Shown here piece after piece: positions 12,421 to 23,790 of a stretch of 64,000 nucleotides of DNA. The DNA is taken from NCBI RefSeq assembly GCF_006345805.1, contig NC_043000.1, positions 142,042,001 through 142,106,000 on the forward strand, given 5' to 3'. Under the pieces are notes generated by a model, which worked only from the letters and a program-made list of their open reading frames with translations, made no database searches and was not told where the DNA came from. A program made the translations under genes and the position numbers. Origin of the DNA: Octopus sinensis. Its lineage: Eukaryota. Numbering within the stretch: position 1 is the first letter of the stretch; every line of letters begins with the position of its first letter.

Positions 12421-15169
12421 TGTAGATATATAGATATACATGCTGCAATACATAAGGGTATGAATATTTACACATAGCAGGGAATAATATACCGTCAGAG
12501 AGTTAATGGACGGAGTGTCAGAGCTACCATTCACATGTGAAAGGAGGAGGACACTGTAATTATTTGGGAAGATGGAGCCATCGCTATATATATATTCTGA
12601 GGATGGTAAGTGGTTGAATTACTATACTGACCTTCGATACTTTCTAAATTTTGTTTTACATGTGTAGAGATTTACATCATGTCCCTATATCTATGTATCT
12701 ACCCCCTTCTCTCCTTCCCTCTCTTTCCCTCTCCCCCTCTCTCTCTCTATATATATATATATGTGTGTGTGTGTATGTATAATGTACGTATGTATACGCA
12801 TATACACGGGATATACAGATTAATAGATAGAAAGATAAATAGATAGACGGAGGGAGAGAGAGAGGTAGCGATAAATGGAGAGATAGATATCTATGCACTT
12901 TTATTACGGATCACTCATTACATTCCACTTCATCATTTAATAGTTTTTTCTCCTTACATTCTCCTATAGCTTTCCTCATTGTAGTTTACTTTTTATCAAA
13001 ATATCTTTATTCATCGTTTAAATCTTATATTGCCGTTGTTCCTAATGTAACGATAAGGGGAATATCGTACATTTTCGCCACTCTAGCGTTATACCTCATT
13101 GATTTTCCATAATGCCACAACGGAAATGCATGTTTAAAACCATTTTTGTTACATGTGATTAGATTTTCATGTTGTATTGCTAAGTAAAGTGAACTGGGGT
13201 GTGGCATTTATGTGCAATTTTCTTTACAATTAAATTGAAATAGCTTTCTGTCGGAATTCCATATATATATATGTGTGTATATGCCAGTATATATATATAT
13301 AATTGTTATATATCGGTATATATGTATGAAAGCTTGTATGTTATGTTTCATCAATTTACCGGGTTATTTACATTAACTTCTCTGTGCTGTGAAAATGATT
13401 TCTGGATCGTTATGGTTTCTCATTTTCTTCCGGATATAGTATTGTCTTTTCCTTCCTGGAAATAACTAGAGAAATTGCTGTTTGAAGTTATTAGTCTCCA
13501 AAACATACCAAATGAGGAACTTCGGTCGAATATCAGATACGATTATAATTTTATTTCATGTAAAAATAAAAATTTACAATTCATAGAAGGAAGCTTCCTG
13601 TATTGAAGGTGCTTATCATTTCTATATTCGCCGTAGAAAGAATAAATATAATTCTATCGCCCTTCGATCTCCACTCACCATTTCCATCTATTTCAGGTCA
13701 AGCGATGCTCAAATTGAAGGCCTCTCTTCTACAAGGTATGAATCCACGTATCAAATTGTTATGTATTTGCATCTCAAAAGCCCTTTCAATGAAATATTGC
13801 ATACTGTTAGTTCCATTCGTAAACTTTATAATCATATTGCCTATGTGTGTGCAGTGCTGAATGTATACAGATACATAGGGCTGCGTATGATCCTATTTGT
13901 GTTTGAGTAAATATATACGCACACTCATATGTAAATGCCTGTAAATCAGAGCGCATCTACACATGTATATGTAAGAATGATTGAATTTATATACACGCAA
14001 TTGACGCTTCGTTGATTTATTACAACTTGTACCACCGCAGGTTCATGGTTGCTTGCGTTTAGTTGATTTGAACCACTTATTTCCACTAGTTATATAATCA
14101 TGTAGTTCTAAATTATGAATATTGTTAGGGTGCGTTCTTAATTAATTTGATTTTCCGAAGAAGATTTTCCATATCACTCTTTCACCCGCACATACTCTTT
14201 ACATGAACTTCGTTTTGTCATTTTACCTTCCTTCAGACACTTACTTCACACGTTTGCGTTATATTCATTGGCTATCCAATTCTTACTCTTGCTCCTATTC
14301 ATTTTTCTTATCCCAGATAGTCTCTCTTTTCCTCATCGTCGAACATTCCACTCATTTCTCACACCACTTCTCCGTATTCAGTTCACTCATTAAATTACTT
14401 ATAGCCCACGTACTCAAGGCAATAACCAGATCTAATCTGCTTCCAACTGTTATATACATATAAAATCTTAATAAGGATAAGACTACTTCATGATGCAATT
14501 AATAACTTCATAACACCTCTGATCGTGGAATTGTTGGTGAAAATTCCACGCCATAAGTTTGCTGAGTATTTTTCATTGTATTTGTAATATGAAGTGCTTG
14601 TATGCATGCATGTTGCTTCTATTTTTCAATTATTATAAATATTCCACTGAGGAGGGAGTCGGTTTCCAACAAAAATACAAGGCCCGATCTTTGGGATGAA
14701 TTTAACACAGACAAATTCTCATTTGGAAATTGAGAAAAGTCTTGCATATTTTTACTGTTCCACTCACGGATTGTACTTGTAATATACGAACCAGCCGGTC
14801 AATTTCTCTTTTTGAAAATCTCAGTTTATCCAGATTTTCTATTCGGCATTTATTAACAAAACCTAGTGCTCAAATTATTATTGGTATGAATATGAATATG
14901 AAGTCTAGATTATGAAGCAGGAGGCTTCAAAGTTTGTATGTATGTATAACTATATATATATAAAATAGTTTGTGTGTAAGTGTGTCTGTGTGTGGTGAGT
15001 ATGTTCCTTGTAGATTCAAAAACTGAGTTCATGAGTGTGACGTATGATTTTTGGACAACTCGAAAACGAGACCGCATCGCAGAATTTTGCGGTCATTTTC
15101 CGGCAATATTTGGATTTGCTTCTAATCTACGTTACCAATTTTAATACTTTCGGTGTCAAGAAATACAGC

Positions 15170-15420
15170 AATGTACAAGGAGTGTTATGAGTGCATTTGT
15201 GATGGACAAAACCCTATTTATCAACGGAAAAAAGACATGCTGTTTTAGAACAATTATTGGCACAATTTCCGCCAACATTGGCCTTTGTGCCACAACTAAA
15301 CTGCCAATGTGAACGTCTTTAGTATTTCAAGATTAAACAATATCTTTGAAGTATTGTGATAACTTTTCTTTGTACAAAGCCCTATTTTTCAACACAAAAT
15401 TGACTAATGAAATCTTCTGG
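15170..15420 (+). mobile_element. Possible Helitron/PIF1 helicase relic
   Basis: From 15263 the translation QFPPTLAFVPQLNCQCERL resembles the PIF1-family motif QFP-x2-LA-F/Y-A-x-T-x2-K-x-QG-x2-L; very decayed. Confidence 0.3.
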
Positions 15421-16026
15421 CATTAATACCTAATACAATTTGTCAATGTAAATGTTCTTTGTAGCAAACGACCCAGGAATACCAAACGAGCGTTCACGGG
15501 TTTAAATTCAAAGAAATTGCCCCAAGTATTAAGCACACTAAGAGCCTATATTCGTTCTAGTGTGGTAAAGACGTGAAACAAGGACTAAAACCCTTCGAGC
15601 CTTCTTTGCCTTTAACAATTTTCTCGTTATTCAGCCCAATTTATGCAAAGTTGCTTATTGTTATTAGTATATATATATATATATATAAAACAATAAAAAA
15701 ATGTAAGACATATAGAAGGCTTACATGAGAACATAATAAAAAAATCAGTTTCTATCCCTGATTTTTGGTGGTGGTCAATACCGTAACAAGTATTTTGTCA
15801 TATATGGACGTAAGCCAAAAATTTCAGTTCTTGAACTTAGACATGTAGCGAGGCTTAAGGAACTTTTCCAGATAAGCCATCTTTCCATATCTCACTCTAC
15901 CTTTATTCACCTTACTGATTGTTCTATTCTATACATATATAAATTCCTCTATTTACCTAATATCGGGGTCTCATTCTTTTGTTGTTATTTTATTATTATT
16001 ATTATCATTATTATTATTATTATTAT

Positions 16027-16583
16027 TGAGTGAGAGAGCAGTGCATGCCATCAAAGTGACACTGGGGTAAAATATACGAAGCCCAATATACCCATCATGA
16101 CTACCCGTCTGATAAAGGTACACCAGGCACATGCATCACAACCATATGTGCGCGACATGGTGATCTCATATCAAGATAAACAGCACATGACCTTGCAGGT
16201 GGGGCCCAGTTAGAATTTTCTTCAGATTGAGTAGCCCATCCCGCTCAAACGGTCCCTGAATAAGGGTTGTTTAAGGATGTTGAAAGAACCACCCATGTTT
16301 CCAGAGGTGAACTATTCAAACCCCAAAGAATCCCACTCAACACATGGCTATGATGCTCCCCCACTACTTCTGCTCGTGATCAGAGATGCACATATTGTCA
16401 GCCACGAAGGGACATGCTCAACTGGTTAAGGTCAAACAACTGACAAGCAAATCTGTGGTATTGAGCAGAATATTTGCTGTAGCCCATCTTTTATACCAAG
16501 ACAAAACAACGTACATGATAACACTTCCAATCAGTTAAGATCAGAAGCCATGAGAGCCACTGCCTGGTACTGCATCAGGGCAT
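16027..16583. mobile_element. Unclassified ~555-bp insertion flanked by (ATT)n on both sides
   Basis: GC-richer than its flanks, with sharp boundaries against (ATT)n tracts at 15990-16027 and 16583-16600. No ORF or TIR seen; only one copy in the window. Confidence 0.4.
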
Positions 16584-16699
16584 TTATTATTATTATTATA
16601 ATTAATATATATATATATATTATATATATATATATATTATATATATATATATTATATATATATATATTATATATATATATATATTATATATATATATAT

Positions 16700-16730
<31 letters not shown>

Positions 16731-16761
16731 ATGTTTGTGTGTCCATATTTTTCCACTAATC

Positions 16762-16925
16762 ATAGCTTGACAATCGATGTTGGTGTGCTTGCGTTCCCCG
16801 TAACCTAGCGGTTCGGTAAAAATACTAATAGAATAAGTTCTAGGCTTACAAAGAATTAGTCGACTAAAGGTGATACTCCAGCGTGGCCGTAGTCACAATT
16901 ACTGAAACAAGTAAAAGAATAAAAT
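16762..16925 (+). mobile_element. SINE family B 3' fragment
   Basis: Matches the 3' half of 35689-36124 (..TTAGCGGTTCGG..CAGCGTGGCCGTAGTC..GAAACAAGTAAAAG). Confidence 0.75.
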
Positions 16926-16974
16926 AATAAAATTATATAAATATGCATATATATATATATATATATAATATATA

Positions 16975-17013
<39 letters not shown>

Positions 17014-17458
17014 AAGTAATTCTTTTGTTAATAGTTGAAACCACCGGTATGTGATTAATTCTGTTTTTTTATATAATTTTCATCTGTCTTGCCGGCCTAA
17101 TTGTTCTGGTCTTGGCTGAATTTTCCTTTAGAGAAAATTCTTTGTAGTTTGATCGTCGGTGATCTATTTCTAGCATACGGCCGACTACCTAGCGGTCCTG
17201 CTCTTTGAATATACACATGTATTATAATTTTCTTGGATTTTTGAGATTTTTGTATGCTAGGCTACTGGTTTAAGTTAATATTAATTTATCTCCGTCATTA
17301 TATATATATATATATATAAGTAGATGAATAAATTATCCTAGTATGGATAATTCTGTTAATCGATACCTGGGTAGCAAATTCACTTCAGTAAAACACGGCT
17401 GAAGTTACATGCCAAGGGCTGAACCCCCTGTTTGTGTGTGGAAATTTGTGTGTTTTTT

Positions 17459-17810
17459 TATATGAATAAATGAAAAGAATGGAGTTGAACGAAGATTTTA
17501 TCAAAATTCCTTAACTGCATATTCTTAATTCGAAGGAATGAAGGTTGCATTATGCCGTCTTCTCATCAGGAAATACAAGGAACCTCTATCAACCTCGAGA
17601 CGAACAAAAGCTTCTTACCGTCTGCCTACATGGTTTTCTTCGTCTCGAGGCTGATAGAGGTTCCTTGTATTTCCTGATGAGATGTCGGCATAATGCAACC
17701 TTCATTCCGTCGGAATTAAGAATATGCAGTCTTCGAAACATATGTCGAAAGTAAAGGAATTTTGATAAAATCTTAGTTAAAAGAAGATTTTCTTCTCATT
17801 TATTCATATA
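17459..17810. mobile_element. ~350-bp fold-back element carrying a hammerhead ribozyme in its right arm
   Basis: Arms 17459-17604 and 17639-17810 are reverse complements around a ~34-nt spacer; both ends terminate in TATA. The left arm lacks ~20 nt (CTTCGAAACATATGTCGAAAG) present in the right arm. Confidence 0.85.
17670..17750 (+). ncRNA. Type I hammerhead ribozyme with extended stem II
   Basis: TTTC-CTGATGA-GATGTCGGCATA...TATGCAGTCTTC-GAAA-CATATGTC^GAAA: stem I TTTC/GAAA, intact core, palindromic stem III ACATATGT, GUC cleavage triplet. Stem II pairs 9 of 12; the opposite arm reads GAAGAC, which would pair perfectly. Confidence 0.75.
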
Positions 17811-17879
17811 TACGAAAGAAGGTTTGAAAATGGAATATTAAATGATAAAATTGCATTTTCAAACCTTCCTTCGTATATA
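17809..17879. repeat. Miniature fold-back element with TA ends
   Basis: TATACGAAAGAAGGTTTGAAAATG ... CATTTTCAAACCTTCCTTCGTATA: 24-bp arms with one mismatch. Confidence 0.8.
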
Positions 17880-17912
17880 ATTTCACTCGTGCGGTACGAT
17901 ACGACTACACTT

Positions 17913-17942
<30 letters not shown>

Positions 17943-17948
<6 letters not shown>

Positions 17949-18762
17949 AAACAAGTCAAAAATAGAAAATGCTAAGATGATTTTATAGTGAATCTTTCAG
18001 TACCGGTTTCGGTCATTTTGAAACCTTTTCAACTGTAACGATTAAATAATTAAATTTAGAAAAATTAGAAGAAAAGTTTTTTAAAAGAATATTTCTGTAG
18101 TAGTGTTCAGATATAAGTAGCATTCTGCCTTTCTCTGACTCCCTTGTTTGCACTTGTGTGTTCGAGGTCGTTTTGAGTTCTTGGTAGGATAGGTGAAGAA
18201 TAATGAGGCTGATGTGGAGAGGGAGTGGGGAAATCTGGGAATGCCTTAATGGTCGTATTTTGAATGGTCAGTGGCTGACAGTAGTCGCAGTTCAATTCAG
18301 GAATTGTTTATGGAATTTGCGTAGGCGTTATACTGAAAGACATTAGTGACAAGGTTAAGGGGTAGAAGGTGGAGAAGTAGAAGAAGAAGAAGATGGCGAT
18401 GTTGATGATGATGATGATGAAGAAGAAGAAGAAGAAGGAGAAGGAGAAGATGGTGGTGATGATGGTGGTGATGATGATGACGACGATGATGATGATAATG
18501 ATGATGATGAAGAAGAAGAGGAAGGAGAAGAAGAAGAAAAAAACAGAGAAGGGAGAATATGAATGGGTGTAAGTTTAGCTGTGATGGGGCTGCTTAATAA
18601 TGGATTCTATGGAGTGTAATATTTGTGTGTGAATATATTTCTTTTATTCTAAAGTTGAGGTATATTAATTGTTTGTCGTAGACCCATTAAGAAGTGGCTT
18701 GTATTTTGTAATAAAGAGATTTTCTTTACTTATTCGTTGTCTCGAGGTTGTATCGTCCCTAA
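17943..18762. repeat. Left arm of the PLE inverted terminal repeat (3' end of the ORF plus 3' UTR/pseudo-LTR)
   Basis: Reverse complement of 21417-22262 with few substitutions and a length difference in the internal (GAA/GAT)n tract. Confidence 0.95.
17998..18035 (-). ncRNA. Type I hammerhead ribozyme, U3-A8 core variant (left arm)
   Basis: Minus strand CAG-TTGAAAA-GGTTTCAAAATGACC-GAAA-CCGGTA^CTG: stem I CAG/CTG, stem II GGTT/GACC, palindromic stem III ACCGGT, GUA triplet. Confidence 0.7.
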
Positions 18763-21416
18763 ATTGGTAGAGGGGGAAAATTCTGAAGTTTGGTGTTTTT
18801 TTGTTGGCGCAAGTATCTATGTGTTGGCTAAAAGCTATTTTTCTGTTTTGGGGAATTTTTATCTGGGATCTGTGCAGGGCCATTCGTTTACGCAAACCAT
18901 TTTTTGTTTGGCCTATGTACTGCTCTTGACACCCGGAGCAGGTTAGTGAGTATATTAGGTTCTCCGAAGCACATGTGATGTTGCTTTTCACTGTAAACCG
19001 TTGTCCCTGTTTGAAGGAGAACTCTGATCCCTCAATTAGATAGTCGCATATCCCGCAATTGGGTCTTCCACATTTTTTTACTGTCGGCTTCGGTGTTGAA
19101 GAGTGAATTCGGGCTTGTGTAAGGAGACTTTTCCTGGATCTAGGTTGTCTTTTGTTTTTTATGATCGTGTGTGTTTGGAGGATTGTGTTCATTCTGTGGT
19201 CTTTTTTTAGGAGGGGTATGTTGTGGAGGATGGTGTCGAAGGCTTCGTTATTGAGAGGGTTGTGTGTGGAGATGTATGGTAAGGCTTTTGGTTGTAAGTT
19301 TTTCTTTGATTTGGGATGTCTCAGTTCCTTGATGTTAAGTTGAAGGGCACGTTGAATGCACTTGTCAATAAGTGAAGGTGGATAGTTCCTGGTGATAAGG
19401 GTATCTTTTAGTTCTTGTAGTCGTGTGTCTCTGGTGTTTGCGTTAGAGACGATAGTGCATATCCTTTTTGCTAGATTGAAGGGGATATTCATCCTGGTGT
19501 GTCTGGGGTGGCATGAATTGAATGGAAGATATTGCTTAGAGTCTGTAGGCTTATAGTATATGTCTGTTTCTATTATATTATTAGCTTTCTTAATGAGGAT
19601 ATCGAGGAAGGGGAGTTGTTGTTGGCTATATTCCATCGTGAATTGGATGTTTACGTCCAGTCCGTTTAAAATTTTCTGGAATTCTATGAGTTTTTCTATA
19701 TTTTTATGCCAAAGGATGAAACAGTCATCTAGATATCTCTTCCAGTTGTTTTCTATGTAGATGGAGAAAGGGCTGCCATATCTTTCTAGAACCTTACGAT
19801 ACAGACTGATCTCTCGGTATCCTATGACTAGGTTGGCAAAGGAGGGGCCATTCGTGTACCCATCGCAGTCCCCGATTTTTGTCGGTAGAAGTTGTCATTG
19901 AAGGCGAAGAAGTTATTTTCCAGGATGAATTTAACCCCTTCTATCACAAATTCTTTTTTGATGCGGTGTGGTAGTTCGTTGGCGTGATTCTCTAGCCAGA
20001 ATTGGATTGCCTCTAGTCCTAGGTTGTGGGGGATATTGGAGTAGAGGTTGACTACATCGAAGGATACCAGTATGGTGTTTTTGTTTATAGTATTCGGTAG
20101 GTGATTGAGCATATCTAAGTCGTCCCTTATATAGCTTTTGACATGTTTGAGGAGTGGTTTTAACAGGGTGTCTAAAAAGTTACTGGGTTTCGCATGTGGG
20201 ACCTGCTATTATGGGTCTCAATTTGAGGTCATTAGGATTAGGGACTTTAATTATTTTGTCTGTAGCTATCTTGCATGCGTTGCTTATTTTTTCACTTTTG
20301 TGGATCTTAGGTATACCGTAGAATTGGCTAGTTTTACTTGTGAAATTGGTCATATAATCATATTCTTTGTCGGTGAGCCCTGCTTTGTATGGATTTAATA
20401 TGGATTTTAGTTCCCTCATTATTTTTTGTTGACTGTAGTTTTGTGCCTTTTCATAGTATGTTGTGTCTTCCAGCATAGAAAGTACCAAAGTTATGTAAAA
20501 TGTCGTATCCATTAAGACAACAGCACTCCCTTTATCGGCCTCTTTGATTGTTATTGTTTTATCTTGTTTTAATTTGTTCAACTCAGCCCATTCTTTTTTG
20601 CTGAAGTTTGGTTTGTGTTTTTGTTTGTGCATATGTTGATATGGGTAATTAGATATGTGGTCACAGAAATCATCAAGTGTTTTGTTCTTACCTTTCGAGG
20701 GGGTGTAGTTACTCCTATTTCTGACTAACGATTCGTCCTCGTTGTATTTATCTTATAGCTCCTCAGTAAGTCTTAATTTTCTGCAGAATTCTGCGATGTC
20801 TTCTTTCATTTCGTTGTAGTTGGGGTGTTGTGGGGTGGGTGTAAACTTGAGTCCTTTGGAAAGTATGTTAATTTGGTTTGCTGTTAGTTCCTTGTGAGTT
20901 AGATTGATAATTTTTATTACTTTTGGTTCCTCCTGCTTGTTTGGTGCTATCTTGTGTCTCTGTGTTTGCGTATTGGGTCTAAAAAATGAATGCGGTGGTT
21001 GGGACGGTAGCTATTATATAGTTGTTCTTTGTTGATGTGGGGTCTCCTGTTGTGATTTATGGTGTGTGTTCTTGGAGCAGTATTGAGGAGAGCATCCCGA
21101 TATCCCATATTCGGGTGTGGTGTTCTAGGAGGCCTTCGTTGGTAATCATTGTAAGTGGAGTGGGTTTGTTGTGCATGGTTGTTTAACCGGCTTATGGGGC
21201 GGAGATTTCGTTGGTAACTCTTTTGGGTGGGGATAAGGTTGCAGTGTCTATGCTGTGGGTGTTGATTTATCCTTTCTCTGCTTGAAGTTGGGGTATTCCT
21301 GATATTGTAACGCTGGCTGCTTACAGAGTTAGGGTTAGGTCCTGTATTCTTTTTTTGAAAGTAGTGAAGGTTCCGATTTTTAGACAGGTGTGTATCGGTG
21401 TTTGGGTGTATCGGTG
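18665..21416 (-). pseudogene. Disrupted PLE RT/GIY-YIG polyprotein ORF
   Basis: ORF pieces 20947-21416, ~20633-20940 (INLTHKELTANQINILSKGLKFTPTP, then one TAA), 20180-20632 (FYGIPKIHK, LRPII), 19828-20112 and 18665-~19830 (YLDD at ~19725) join into one PLE protein. About three frameshifts and one stop are required. Confidence 0.9.
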
Positions 21417-22262
21417 TTAGGGACGATACAACCTCGAGACAACGAATAAGTAAAGAAAATCTCTTTATTACAAAATACAAGCCACTTCTTAACGGGTCTA
21501 CGACAAACAATTAATATACCTCAACTTTAGAATAAAAGAAATATATACACACAAAAATATTACACTCCATAGAATCCATTATTAATCAGCCCCATCACAG
21601 CTAAACTTACACCCATTCATATTCTCCCTTCTCTGTTTTTTTCTTCTTCTTCTCCTTCCTCTTCTTCTTCATCATCATCATTATCATCATCATCGTCGTC
21701 ATCATCATCACCACCATCATCACCACCATCTTCTCCTTCTCCTTCTTCTTCTTCTTCTCTTCTTCTTCTTCTTCTTCTTCTTCTTCATCATCATCATCAT
21801 CAACATCGCCATCTTCTTCTTCTTCTACTTCTCCACCTTCCACCCCTTAACCTTGTCACTAATGTCTTTCAGTATAACGCCTACGCAAATTCCATAAACA
21901 ATTCCTGAATTGAACTGCGACTACTGTCAGCCACTGACCATTCAAAATACGACCATTAAGGCATTCCCAGATTTGCCCACCCCCTCTCCACATCAGCCTC
22001 ATTATTCTTCACCTATCCTACCAAGAACTCAAAACGACCTCGAACACACAAGTGCAAACAAGGGAGTCAGAGAAAGGCAGAATGCTACTTATATCTGAAC
22101 ACTACTACAGAAATATTCTTTTAAAAAAACTTTTCTTCTAATTTTTCTAAATTTAATTATTTAATCGTTACAGTTGAAAAGGTCTCAAAATGACCGAAAC
22201 CGGTACTGAAAGATTCACTATAAATCATCTTAGCATTTTCTATTTTTGACTTGTTTTTTCAT
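21417..22262. repeat. Right arm of the PLE inverted terminal repeat
   Basis: See left arm; the duplicated ORFs in the track (18107-18295 minus and 21910-22098 plus) confirm it. Confidence 0.95.
22171..22208 (+). ncRNA. Type I hammerhead ribozyme, U3-A8 core variant (right arm)
   Basis: CAG-TTGAAAA-GGTC(TCAAAAT)GACC-GAAA-CCGGTA^CTG: all three stems close, and the core UUGAAAA differs from CUGANGA only at paired positions 3 and 8. Confidence 0.72.
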
Positions 22263-22294
22263 ATATATCAACTCGTGTGTTCCTTTCCACCCTT

Positions 22295-22373
<79 letters not shown>

Positions 22374-23669
22374 TATATATATATACATGTTTTTATATTT
22401 GAACGTAAGTATTTATGTGTACAGTTGCATAGTGTAATAAAGAGATCAGAAAGAGACAACGGAGATGTAGAGTTAGAACGGGTAAATGACCGACATACAA
22501 TTATATATGTGATCGCGAGAAATAGTGAAACAAAGAAACAAAAACACCAGTTAACTGTACAGTGACTACAGAAATTATACATTTGAATGAAGATATATAT
22601 TTTCTGTTTAGAAGAAGTGGCAATCAATGATAGTGCGTAAATTCGTATGAGATTTTGCAGCTTGTGATCGGATAACCTATTTTCTTTTCGATATATCTCA
22701 TTTTTAAACATTATAGTTAGCATATATTTGAAAATATTGTGATATCTAAAAGTGAATTTTGTTTCTAAAATATCATTTGTGTTCTAATATATTTATTAAT
22801 TCGCTTCTTAATCTATGCCATGGAAGACTATTTATTTCGTGAACACTATATATTTGTGACCTCTGAAAAAGTTCCGAATAATGTAGACATTTATAAAAGC
22901 AAATATGTGCATAAGAATTATTCTTAACTCTTTTTCTTGTAACGACATTTGATCCGGTATGAAAACGAAAAATATAGGTGACTGTTAACACATCTTCTAA
23001 CAAATAGCAGACTTTCATATAATAATCAGGTTAATTAATGCTTAATTTCTCCAAATGAACAAGCTATTTGAAGATATACCTGAATAACTGCCAGCACATT
23101 TATAACTATCTTGCATAACTAATTAAGCTTACTCTCAGTATAAATACACTAATGTGAAAACTGTTATCACTCATGTTTGTGATACCCAATATTCACTGGG
23201 GGCAAATTGTTTTCTCATTCGCTTCGTGGACAAAAAATTTGATGCTAGTCACGAAACAAAAGTAACTGTCTCATCATTAAAAACTAGTCGCACTGCACTT
23301 GGGTCCACACTCGAATTTAACCACCGGATCTATTTACATAGGGAAGCTGTAAAACTATTTTCGTAGTTTTTTTTTTTCTAGCCACGGACGCAACTAATTA
23401 TCCACACACTCGGTCCCAAACTTTTACTTTTGCTATTTCTACATTCAGTCTACAAATATAGGCAAAAGAGTAATTACAAGCTCGTTATTTGTTGCTCGCC
23501 CTCTCGATAACATAGAAGACATTAATTTAGCATTCGAAATTATTACATTTCTTCACTATTTGTATGTGTGAGCGTGTATTTATGTATTGCATATATATGT
23601 AAATGTGTAGGTGCGTGTGTGTGCGTGTGTTTGTGTGTGTGTGTGCGCGTGTGTGCAACGGACTCTCAC

Positions 23670-23790
23670 CTGTTGAAGACGACGTATGGATGTTCAGCTG
23701 TCGCCGAACGGCCGGCTCGAAGGATTTCTTTATAGTAATAAAGTGTATGTACCCTACATTAGCACACTCCTACCATCAAATCGACGTTGC
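23670..23790 (-). other. Candidate 121-nt non-coding exon
   Basis: Minus-strand acceptor CTTTTCAG|G and donor CAG|GTGAGA bracket a CpG-rich unique segment; stops in all three frames. Confidence 0.3.

Larger units (their letters stand above)
17943..22262 (-). mobile_element. Penelope-like retroelement (probably Neptune-type) with inverted terminal repeats, 5'-truncated, in TA repeats
   Basis: RT motifs (SFDVVNLYSNIP, GTAMGTRMAP, RYLDD), Cys-rich linker CGRPNCGIC and GIY-YIG (NLIYSLTCSGCQEQYIGQT..R..H) on the minus strand. 21417-22262 is the reverse complement of 17943-18762; TA repeats on both flanks. Confidence 0.95.

Noticed and set aside
21328-21422. TTAGGG hexamers in the PLE 5' region and at the inversion junction
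   Set aside because: Only one or two units, and the element encodes a GIY-YIG endonuclease, so telomere-associated Athena-type behaviour is unsupported.
20947-21510. 187-aa minus-strand ORF as an independent gene
   Set aside because: It starts inside the inverted repeat and continues into the low-complexity N-terminal part of the PLE ORF; it is a junction product.
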